DNA of 64,000 nucleotides from an uncultured delta proteobacterium (GTDB lineage Bacteria; Desulfobacterota; Binatia; DP-6): NCBI GenBank assembly GCA_963815115.1, contig CAWFFN010000009.1, positions 1,792,001 to 1,856,000 of the forward strand, read 5' to 3'. The notes under the pieces are model-generated. The model saw only the letters and a list, made by a program, of their open reading frames with translations, was not told the origin of the DNA and did no database searches. Each line of letters starts with the position of its first letter. The first letter of the stretch is position 1. Positions 41,081-49,195 of this stretch are shown here, one piece after another. A program made the translations under genes and the position numbers.

Positions 41081-41925
41081 CAGAGCGTCGCTACGCCGCG
41101 CCTGCGGCCGCGGCGCGGAAATGCGGCGTCGAGGCGCGCCAGGTCGTCGTCCGTGAGCGCGAGGGTCCCCGCCGCGGCGTTGTCCTCGACGTGAGCGACC
41201 CGTCCCGCCTTCGGGATGGCGAACAGCGACGGGCGTCGCACGAGGAAGCGCAGCGCCACCTGGCGAGGCGTGCTGCCGTGGGCGGCCGCGATGCCGGCCA
41301 GGAGGCGGCCGCCGCGACTCGCGGCGGCGGGAAAACGGCCCGAGCCGAACGGGCTGTAACCGACGACGGCCACGCCGTGTGCCTCGCACCACGGCAGCAC
41401 CTCGTGCTCGATGGAGCGCTCCGCGAGATGATACAGGACCTGGTTGCAGGCGATGCGCCCGGCGCCCCCGACCGCCGCGGCCTCCTCGAGCCCGTCGACG
41501 TCGAAGTTGCTGAGGCCCCAGGCGCGGATCTTCCCGGCTCCCCGCAAGCGCTCGAAGCCCGCGATGGTGTCTGCGATCGGATGCGAGCCGGGCCAGTGCA
41601 GCAGGTAGCAGTCGAGATGGTCGGTCCCGAGCCGGCGCAGGCTGCGCTCGCAGGCGGCGACGGTGCCGGCCGCCGATGCGTTGTGCGGGCGCACCTTGGA
41701 CACCAGGTAGACCTGGTCGCGGCGTCCCGCGATCGCCTCGCCAACCACCTCCTCGACCCCGCCGCTGCCGTACAGCTCCGCCGTGTCGATGTGGACGAGG
41801 CCGAGATCGAGCCCGCGCCGCAGCGCGGCGAGTGCGCTGCGCCGATCGGTCTTCTCCAGCATCCACGTTCCCTGACCGATGGCCGGCACCGTAGCGCCCG
41901 TGCCGCCGAAGGACCGGCATTCCAT
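41080..41925 (-). CDS. Aldo/keto reductase
   Basis: IGQGTW, IDTAELYG, YLLHWPG, GLSNF, IPKA. Confidence 0.94.
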   Translation of the reverse strand: MECRSFGGTGATVPAIGQGTWMLEKTDRRSALAALRRGLDLGLVHIDTAELYGSGGVEEVVGEAIAGRRDQVYLVSKVRPHNASAAGTVAACERSLRRLGTDHLDCYLLHWPGSHPIADTIAGFERLRGAGKIRAWGLSNFDVDGLEEAAAVGGAGRIACNQVLYHLAERSIEHEVLPWCEAHGVAVVGYSPFGSGRFPAAASRGGRLLAGIAAAHGSTPRQVALRFLVRRPSLFAIPKAGRVAHVEDNAAAGTLALTDDDLARLDAAFPRRGRRRGVATL

Positions 41926-42008
41926 GTCTCCTCTTACCGTCGCCTCGCGCCCGCCGCGAGCCAGCCGCGGTTGCACGGCGTGATGGCCTGCGCTAGCGCC
42001 CCGACTGC

Positions 42009-42452
42009 ATGGCTCGCGTGGTCGGAATTGCCTGCCTCCTCGCGCTGGTGCTCGCCGCGTGCGCGCACCAGCGCAACCGGGTCCGCGAGGGGATCGTGCC
42101 CACGCGCGCGCAGCAGATCGCGGAAGGCCAGCGCGCCTATCTCCGGGCCTGCGCCTCGTGTCACGGGACGGACGCGCGGGGTGACGGGCCGGTGGCGCCG
42201 ACGTTGAAGGTGCCGCCGCCGGACCTGACGCGGTTGGCCAGCCGCCACGGCGGCCGCTTCCCGCGCGAGTACGTCGTCGACGCCGTCACCGGCACGGCAC
42301 CGATCGCGGCGCACGGAACCTCCGACATGCCGGTCTGGCGACTCACGTTCGGTCCCACGAGCTCGGGAGCCGCCGCGGCCGCGGCGCTGCGCAGGCGGCG
42401 CTGGCTCGATGGCCTGGTGGACTATCTCGAGACGGTGCAGGAGGTGTCATGA
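42009..42452 (+). CDS. Monoheme cytochrome c lipoprotein
   Basis: Lipobox LAAC, CASCH heme motif, PPDLT, HGTSDMPVW. Confidence 0.9.
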   Translation: MARVVGIACLLALVLAACAHQRNRVREGIVPTRAQQIAEGQRAYLRACASCHGTDARGDGPVAPTLKVPPPDLTRLASRHGGRFPREYVVDAVTGTAPIAAHGTSDMPVWRLTFGPTSSGAAAAAALRRRRWLDGLVDYLETVQEVS

Positions 42453-42871
42453 TCACGGCGACACGGCGCATCCAGTTCGCGGCGGGGCACCGCGTCTTCG
42501 GGCACGAGGGCAAGTGCGGCTGGCTTCACGGCCACAACTTCGTCGCCTTCCTCACCGCCGCCGCCGCCGATCTCGACGCGGTCGGACGGGTCATCGACTT
42601 CGGCGTGCTGAAGGCGCGCGTCGGCGGCTGGGTGGAGCGCGAGTGGGACCACGGATTCCTCGTCTGGGAGCAGGATGCGGAGGCACGCGGCGCGCTGGCA
42701 CGGGTCGACGGCCAGAAGGTCTACGTGCTGCCGACGAATCCGACGGCCGAGAACGTGGCCGATCATCTGCTGCGGGTGGTCGGGCCCGACACGCTGGCCG
42801 GCACCGGGGTCCGGCTCGTGAAGGTGACCCTGTACGAGACCGAGAACGGGCTCGCCGAGGCCACGCTCTGA
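42449..42871 (+). CDS. queD: 6-carboxytetrahydropterin synthase / PTPS family
   Basis: AGHRV, CGWLHGHN, WDH, NPTAENVA, LYET. Confidence 0.88.
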   Translation: MITATRRIQFAAGHRVFGHEGKCGWLHGHNFVAFLTAAAADLDAVGRVIDFGVLKARVGGWVEREWDHGFLVWEQDAEARGALARVDGQKVYVLPTNPTAENVADHLLRVVGPDTLAGTGVRLVKVTLYETENGLAEATL

Positions 42872-42915
42872 GCGCGCGGGTGGCCTCGACGTGCGCGGCG
42901 CGCTAGGAGGGCGCG

Positions 42916-43365
42916 ATGTCCGAAGACACCGCGCTTCTCTCCCCGGAGCCGCTGGACGGCTGGGATCGGGCACTGGGCCTGCACATCGTGAGCGCCTCGC
43001 GCGACGAGGTGGTGGCCGAGTACGTCGTCGAGCCGCGGCACCATCAGGGGTACGGGATCGCGCACGGCGGGGTGCATTGCAGCGCGGTGGAGTCCGTATG
43101 CTCCATGGGGGCGGCGATGGACGCCATGGCCCGCGGGCAGTCCGTCGTCGGTCTCGAGAACCACACCAGCTTCGTGCGCGCCGTCCGTTCCGGCCGCGTG
43201 CGCATCACCGCCACGCCGGTGACCCGCGGCCGGCGCTCGCAGCTGTGGGAGGCGGTGGCCCGTGACGAGCAGGGCCGCATCGTCTCCTCCGGCCGGGTCC
43301 GGTTGCTCTGCCTCGAGGCCGGCTCCGACCTGGCGGGCGAGCCCGTGGCCGTGAAGCGCGACTGA
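42916..43365 (+). CDS. PaaI-family thioesterase
   Basis: HQGYGIAHGG...VES hot-dog motif; AGGAGG RBS. Confidence 0.92.
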   Translation: MSEDTALLSPEPLDGWDRALGLHIVSASRDEVVAEYVVEPRHHQGYGIAHGGVHCSAVESVCSMGAAMDAMARGQSVVGLENHTSFVRAVRSGRVRITATPVTRGRRSQLWEAVARDEQGRIVSSGRVRLLCLEAGSDLAGEPVAVKRD

Positions 43366-43381
43366 CGCGCGCCCGGGCCGC

Positions 43382-44926
43382 CTATCCGGCCAGAGCCGCC
43401 GCCGTCGCCTCGCGCGCCTCGAGGTCGGCGATGGCGACGTCGAGGTGGAGGCGCAGCCCGCGCACGTAGTCGTACAGCGCCTGGTGCACGACCACGAGCG
43501 TGACCGCGTCGACGAACATCGACGGCCGCCGGAGCAGCGTCGCCGCGATCAACGAGAACGTGAACCACGCCCGGCGCGGGCTCGCGCGAACGACCGTGCG
43601 CCACATGATGCGGACGAAGAGGCGCAGATCTTCACGGCCGAGCTCGAGACCGTGGCCGACCTCGCGTCCCTTGCCGAGGAGATAGGCCAGGGCGCGGCGG
43701 CGGTAGAGGCGGAAGTCGTACAGCTTCGTCACCAGCTCCCGGTAGCCCCGGTAGAGCTCGAGCCGGGTCATGCCGCGCGGCAGGATGTTCGAGAACACGA
43801 ACTGGTCGCCGGTGGTCTCGCCGACCAGCCGCCCCTCGGCCGCGACCCGGGCGTGCAGCGGGGTCTTCGGCAGCGCCTGCAGCATGCCCGTCATCGACAC
43901 CGGGATGCGGGCGTCCTGGATGAAGCGCAGCTGCTCCTCGAAGATGGTCGCGTCGTCGTGGTCGAAGCCGACGATCATGCCGGCCTGCACCTGGATGCCG
44001 TAGGACTGCACCTTGCGGACGTTCGCCACCAGGTCGCCGCGCAGGTTCTGCGTCTTGCGCGTCTCCTCGAGCGAGGACGCCCGCGGGCTCTCGATGCCGA
44101 TGAAGACCGTGGTGAAGTGCGCCGCTCGGAGCAGCGCGAGGAGCTCGTCGTCCTGCGCCACGTTGAGCGACACCTCGGTGTTGAAGTGGATGGGATGTCC
44201 GCGTGCCGCACTCCACTCGGCGATCGCCCGCAGGAGGTCCTTGGCGAGCTTCTTGTTGCCGATGAAGTTGTCGTCCACCAGGAACACCTGCTTGGCCCCG
44301 AGCCGGTGGCACTCCTCGATCTCGGCCATCACCTGGGCGACCGACTTGGCGCGCGGCCGGCGCCCGTAGACCACGATGATGTCGCAGAACTCGCAGTTGA
44401 ACGGGCAGCCGCGCGCGAACTGGATGGTGAGGGCGTGATAGCGGTCGACGTGGAGCAGGTCGAAGCGCGGCATGGGCGCCGTCGTCAGGTCGGGCTTCTC
44501 CTCCGGGCGGTACTCGGCCTGCCAGGCGCCGGCTGCGAAGTCGCGCAGGAACTTCGGCCAGGTCTCCTCCGCCTCGTCGACGAAGAGCACGTCGCAGCGG
44601 CCGCGCAGCTCCTCCGGACAGAGCGACGCGTACGGGCCGCCGATGACGACGAAGCGTCCGCGCCGCCGGAAGGCCTCCGCCAGCTCGAGCATGCGCTCGC
44701 GATGGACGATGTAGCCCGTGATTCCGACGATGTCGGCGTCGACGTCGAGATCGACCTCCTCGACGTTCTCGTCGCACAGGATCACCTCGTGCTCGCGGGG
44801 CGTGAGCCCGCCGAGCGTCGGCATCGAGAGATTGGGAAAGATGCAGCGCTTCCCGAGCGCCGGCAGCACGTGGTCGTAGGTCCAGAAGCTCTGGGGATTC
44901 CGGGGCGTCACCAGGTAGATGCGCAC
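43382..44926 (-). CDS. B12-binding domain radical SAM protein (DUF4070 type)
   Basis: GGPYAS, RGCPFNCEFC, DDNF, GIES, IVGFDHD. Confidence 0.92.
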   Translation of the reverse strand: MRIYLVTPRNPQSFWTYDHVLPALGKRCIFPNLSMPTLGGLTPREHEVILCDENVEEVDLDVDADIVGITGYIVHRERMLELAEAFRRRGRFVVIGGPYASLCPEELRGRCDVLFVDEAEETWPKFLRDFAAGAWQAEYRPEEKPDLTTAPMPRFDLLHVDRYHALTIQFARGCPFNCEFCDIIVVYGRRPRAKSVAQVMAEIEECHRLGAKQVFLVDDNFIGNKKLAKDLLRAIAEWSAARGHPIHFNTEVSLNVAQDDELLALLRAAHFTTVFIGIESPRASSLEETRKTQNLRGDLVANVRKVQSYGIQVQAGMIVGFDHDDATIFEEQLRFIQDARIPVSMTGMLQALPKTPLHARVAAEGRLVGETTGDQFVFSNILPRGMTRLELYRGYRELVTKLYDFRLYRRRALAYLLGKGREVGHGLELGREDLRLFVRIMWRTVVRASPRRAWFTFSLIAATLLRRPSMFVDAVTLVVVHQALYDYVRGLRLHLDVAIADLEAREATAAALAG

Positions 44927-45113
44927 GACCTTCCCTCCGCAGCGGGGGTTGCCCGCTCCTGTGCGCTTCTGGTGCAGGTTGGTCCCGCTGTCAATGGTAC
45001 CCGGACGACGAGGTGCGGCATGACCGCCGGGTCCGATGACCGGATTCGTGGGGCCACTGTCCTTGCGGCCGGGAGCGGTGGTTACTAGCGTGTGACGAGG
45101 AGGAGGACGACCG

Positions 45114-45737
45114 ATGAACGACAAGACCACTCGCACGCTCGGCGCGTTGCTCTACGAGGACTTCGAGCTGCTCGATCTCTTCGGGCCGCTCGAGATGTTC
45201 GGCAACATGCAGGGCGCCGTGGAGGTGCGGACCGTGGCCGAGCGAGCCGGCCTCGTGCGCAGCGCCCAGGGTCCCCGGGTGCACGCCGACCACGGCCTCG
45301 CCGACTGCCCGCCCCTCGATATGCTGCTCGTGCCGGGTGGCATCGGTACCCGGGCGCAGGTGGAGAACGCGCCCCTGGTCGACTGGCTCCGGGCGCGCGC
45401 CGGCGACCTCGAGGTTGCCATGACGGTGTGCACCGGGACGGCGCTCCTGGCGGAGGCCGGGCTGCTCGACGGGCGGCGCGCGACCACCAACAAGATGTTC
45501 TTCGCATGGCCGGAGAGCACCTGGCCCGCGGTGCGCTGGGTGCGCGCGGCGCGCTGGGTCGAGGACGGGAAGTTCTGGACCTCGTCCGGGGTGGCGGCGG
45601 GGATCGACATGTCGCTCGCCGTGGTGGCGCGGCTCGCCGGCCAGCAGACCGCCGACTTCCTCGCCACCGCCACCGAGTACGACTGGCACCGCGATGCCGA
45701 CTGGGACCCCTTCGCCCGCGTGCACGGCCTGGTGTGA
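45114..45737 (+). CDS. DJ-1/PfpI family protein
   Basis: FELLDLFGP, VPGG, VCTG, TSSGVAAGID; strong RBS. Confidence 0.93.
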   Translation: MNDKTTRTLGALLYEDFELLDLFGPLEMFGNMQGAVEVRTVAERAGLVRSAQGPRVHADHGLADCPPLDMLLVPGGIGTRAQVENAPLVDWLRARAGDLEVAMTVCTGTALLAEAGLLDGRRATTNKMFFAWPESTWPAVRWVRAARWVEDGKFWTSSGVAAGIDMSLAVVARLAGQQTADFLATATEYDWHRDADWDPFARVHGLV

Positions 45738-45941
45738 TCCGACGTCTGCGTCGGGCGCCGACCCCGCGCCCGATTGCCAAGCCCCCGGGCGGGCGCTAGG
45801 GAAAAGGCGGGCATGAGGAGGGGTCAGGGATGAAGCGAGCTTTCCCGCTGGCGGTCGTGCTCGCGGCGCTCGCAGCGCGACCGCTCGGGGCGGCGGTCTC
45901 CCGCGCGGGACGGCATTCGCGCTAGCGCTGGGCGGCGCGCA

Positions 45942-46922
45942 GTGAGGCGAGCGCTCCGGGCCGCGACGGCGATCGTGCTTCTCGCCGTGGTGCTGTGGTG
46001 GAGCCTCGCCCTCCATTTCCGGCTCCCGGGCCCGTCCTGGCTGGCGACGGCGGTCGCGCTCCTCTACGCGCTGGCAGCCGTCGTCGTCCTGGTGCGCTGG
46101 CGGCCGTACTGGCGCGCCGTCGCGCTGGTGCTGGCGTCGTTCGGTCTCCTGCTCGTGTGGTGGAGTACGCTCCGCCCCGCGAACGATCTCGACTGGGCGC
46201 CGGAGTATGCCCACATCCCGTACGGCGAGCTCGAAGGCGATCGCCTGGTGATGCACAACATACGCGTCTTCGACTACCGGACCGAGAGCGATTTCACGCC
46301 CCACTGGGAGGATCGCACGTACGATCTTTCGCGGCTGCACGAACTGGACCTGTTCATGTCATACTGGGGCTCGCCATGGATGGCCCACACCATTCTCAGC
46401 TGGGTGTTCGAGGACGGCCCGCCGCTCGCCATCTCCATCGAGACGCGCCGGACGCGCACCCAGCAGTACTCGGCCATCCGGGGATTCTTTCGCGAATACG
46501 AGATCTGCTACGTGGCGGCGGACGAGCGAGACCTGGTCGGGCTGCGCACGAACTACCGGGGGGAGCAGGTGTATCTCTACCGCCTGCGGACGCCGCCGGA
46601 GCGCGCGCGCGCCATCCTGCTGGACTACCTCGCCAGCATGAACGCGCTCGTGAAGGAGCCGGCGTGGTACAACGCCCTCACGGACAACTGCACGACCTCG
46701 ATCCGGACGCATCTCAAGCACCTCGCCCTCGCGCAGCCCTTCGACTGGCGTCTTCTCGCCAATGGCTACGCGGACCAGATGCTCTACGAGCGGGGGGTCC
46801 TGGACACGCGGATCCCGTTCGAGGAGCTGAGGGCGCAGTGTCTCATCGTCCCCAAGGCGCAGGCGGGAGGCGACGGAGCGGGGTTCTCCGCGCGCATCCG
46901 GGAGGGTGTGCCGCGCCCGTGA
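45942..46922 (+). CDS. DUF4105 domain membrane protein
   Basis: 3 TM helices, AHTILSW, SIETRR, YNALTDNCTT. Confidence 0.88.
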   Translation: MRRALRAATAIVLLAVVLWWSLALHFRLPGPSWLATAVALLYALAAVVVLVRWRPYWRAVALVLASFGLLLVWWSTLRPANDLDWAPEYAHIPYGELEGDRLVMHNIRVFDYRTESDFTPHWEDRTYDLSRLHELDLFMSYWGSPWMAHTILSWVFEDGPPLAISIETRRTRTQQYSAIRGFFREYEICYVAADERDLVGLRTNYRGEQVYLYRLRTPPERARAILLDYLASMNALVKEPAWYNALTDNCTTSIRTHLKHLALAQPFDWRLLANGYADQMLYERGVLDTRIPFEELRAQCLIVPKAQAGGDGAGFSARIREGVPRP

Positions 46923-46956
46923 TCGAGAGCACGAGGAGCACAGGGAGGAACGAGCG

Positions 46957-47415
46957 ATGCCAATGATCGGACGGATCGGGATCGTGGCCGCCGTCACCGC
47001 CGGGCTGCTGGTGGGTGGGGCGGACGCGAGGACACGACGGCGTTCGAGCGGGGAGCAGCCGTCGGGTACGCTCCGGCTGGAGAGCAAGTCGGTGGCGGTC
47101 GGGGTCGGCTTCCAGTGGGGCAGCGGCACGTTGCGCTTCCGGGGCAGAAACTATCCCTTCAAGGTCGACGGGCTGTCGGTGAATGCCGTCGGCGTCTCGG
47201 CGAGCGATGCGACCGGCTACGTCTACCACCTGAAGAACCTGAGCGACTTCGACGGCACCTACACCGCGATCGAGGCATCGGGAACGGTCGGCGGTGGCAA
47301 GGGCATCTCCACCATGCGGAACGGGAATGGCGTCCGCGTGACGCTCCACTCGACGAGCCAGGGCGTCGAGTTGAAAGCGGCGCCCGAGGGAGTCAAGTTC
47401 ACGCTCCAGCGCTGA
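46957..47415 (+). CDS. Exported glycine-rich beta protein (DUF1134-like)
   Basis: Signal peptide; GVGFQWGSGTL, VYHLKNLSDFDGTY. Confidence 0.75.
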   Translation: MPMIGRIGIVAAVTAGLLVGGADARTRRRSSGEQPSGTLRLESKSVAVGVGFQWGSGTLRFRGRNYPFKVDGLSVNAVGVSASDATGYVYHLKNLSDFDGTYTAIEASGTVGGGKGISTMRNGNGVRVTLHSTSQGVELKAAPEGVKFTLQR

Positions 47416-47441
47416 GCGACGGCCGGGGGGAGGAGGTGGAC

Positions 47442-48239
47442 ATGAGACGCGCTGCGATGCGGGCGACCATGCTGCTCGCCGCCGCGGTGATGTGCGCGTG
47501 CGGGCCGACGTCGCCACCGCGGCAGGCTCCCGCGCCGGCGGGCGCGATGGTGCGGATCGGGACGTCGCCGGATGCGCCTCCCATCTCCTTCGTGCGCAAC
47601 GGCCGGCTCACGGGCATCGAGCCCGACCTGGCCCAGGCGCTCGCGGACCAGCTGCGCCGGCCGGTGCAGCTGGTCCCGATGCGCTGGGACGAACTCGTTC
47701 CCGCGCTGCTGCGCGGGAGCATCGACATCATCATGTCGGGCATGACGGTGACCACCGCGCGTCAGGTTCGCGTCGCCTTCGGCGATTCCTACCTGCAGTC
47801 GGGACTGGTGCCGGTCGTCCGGAGTGACTCGGTCGCCAAGTACGGCACCCTGGAGGCCATCCGGCAGGCACCCGCAAACGTCGGCATCCGTGCGAACTCG
47901 ACCGCCGATCGCTGGGTGCGCGACAACCTGCGCTTCGCGACCGTGGTCCCGTATCCCAACCTCGAGGATGCGGCGCGGGAGCTGGCGCAGGGCCGGCTGG
48001 ACATGTTCGTCACCGACATCCCGATCGCGGCCTGGATGGTGTCCCAGCACGAGGGGTCGCTCCAGCTGGTACGGATCCGGCTCACCCGCGAGGACATCGC
48101 CTGGGCGTTCCGTCTGAACGACCCGCAGCTCCGCGCCACGGCGAACGCCGCCCTCGCGCGCCTGCGTCAGGACGGCACCCTGCGCACGATCCTGCAGCGC
48201 TGGCTGCCCTACCTGAGCGACCTCGAGCGCTGGCGGTGA
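47442..48239 (+). CDS. Family 3 (polar amino acid) solute-binding lipoprotein
   Basis: GIEPDLAQALA, WDELVPAL, DIIMSGMTVT; GGAGG RBS. Confidence 0.9.
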   Translation: MRRAAMRATMLLAAAVMCACGPTSPPRQAPAPAGAMVRIGTSPDAPPISFVRNGRLTGIEPDLAQALADQLRRPVQLVPMRWDELVPALLRGSIDIIMSGMTVTTARQVRVAFGDSYLQSGLVPVVRSDSVAKYGTLEAIRQAPANVGIRANSTADRWVRDNLRFATVVPYPNLEDAARELAQGRLDMFVTDIPIAAWMVSQHEGSLQLVRIRLTREDIAWAFRLNDPQLRATANAALARLRQDGTLRTILQRWLPYLSDLERWR

Positions 48240-48637
48240 TGCGAGCGAAGGTCCATCTGCTGCTCGCCGTCGCCGCCCTCGGGTTGAGCGGCTGCCCCCT
48301 GCCGCAGCCCCCGCTGCCGTCCAGCCAGGCCCCGGGCGTATGGGCCGCCCGCGTGCCGGGGCCCGACGGCGGAGCGCGCATCGTCACCCTCTGGCTCCAG
48401 TCCGGCGGCGTGGCGACGCTGGAGACCGTCGACATCGGCAAGGAGCGACTGCCGGTGGTGCACGGGGTGTGGTCCGCCACCGGCGACGAGGTGACGGTGC
48501 AGCTCCGTGGCGAGGACGGCCAGCCGAGCGGCGCACCGCTGGTCTACACCATCGCGCCCGATCACCTGGAGCCCAAGCAATGGGACCGCGACGTCTACGG
48601 TCCGACCGGGCTTCCGCTCACGCGGCGCAGGAGATAG
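48239..48637 (+). CDS. Lipoprotein (NlpE N-terminal-like)
   Basis: Lipobox LSGC; beta-rich with a GVWS motif. Confidence 0.7.
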   Translation: MRAKVHLLLAVAALGLSGCPLPQPPLPSSQAPGVWAARVPGPDGGARIVTLWLQSGGVATLETVDIGKERLPVVHGVWSATGDEVTVQLRGEDGQPSGAPLVYTIAPDHLEPKQWDRDVYGPTGLPLTRRRR

Positions 48638-49195
48638 CTAGCGTGCCGGCGGCGGGGTCGGCTCGACGGCGGCGGGCTCCCCGGCGCGCCTCTGCACCCA
48701 TTGCCAGGTGCCGTCGGCCTGCTGCTGCTCGATCCATTCACCGGGAAAGGCGCGCTGGCGCCAGAGCGCAGCCTGGTCCGCCTCGATACGCGACACCGCC
48801 ACGCGGTGCTCCGCGGCGAGCATCCGCATGAGGGCCTTGCGATCGGCATTCTCGGCCTCGACCACCTGCTCCACGCGTTCGCCGTAGGGTCCCCCCGGCC
48901 GTTCCCGGATCGTGAGCAGCCCGTAGTGGTTCTCGCCCACGATGCGCGAGTTCTTGAAGCGCTGGATCTCCGGCATCCGATCACGGCGGCGGCTCTCGAG
49001 TGTCGCGTTGGCGGTGTCCTCCTCGGGCTCGGCGGGTTTTTCCGGGGTGTCGTCTCCCGTCTGCTTCGCATGCTGATAGATGTCGACCCGCATCGAGACG
49101 TCGACCTTGAGCGGCCGCGGCGTGGACACGTGGACCGGCACCCCGAAGCAGCCGCCGAGCACGACGGCGAGACCCGCCAGCGCTCCGCGTCTCAT
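48638..49195 (-). CDS. YnbE-like lipoprotein fused to YdbL/DUF1318 domain
   Basis: Lipobox LGGC, PLKVDVSMRVDIY, then VGENHYGLL, ENADR, PGEWI. Confidence 0.8.
   Translation of the reverse strand: MRRGALAGLAVVLGGCFGVPVHVSTPRPLKVDVSMRVDIYQHAKQTGDDTPEKPAEPEEDTANATLESRRRDRMPEIQRFKNSRIVGENHYGLLTIRERPGGPYGERVEQVVEAENADRKALMRMLAAEHRVAVSRIEADQAALWRQRAFPGEWIEQQQADGTWQWVQRRAGEPAAVEPTPPPAR

Noticed and set aside
42449-42871. queD as part of a 7-deazaguanine DNA modification (dpd) system
   Set aside because: No dpdA/tgt, queC or queE in the window.
43382-44926. Radical SAM gene as part of a RiPP cluster
   Set aside because: No adjacent precursor peptide, RRE/SPASM domain or transporter.
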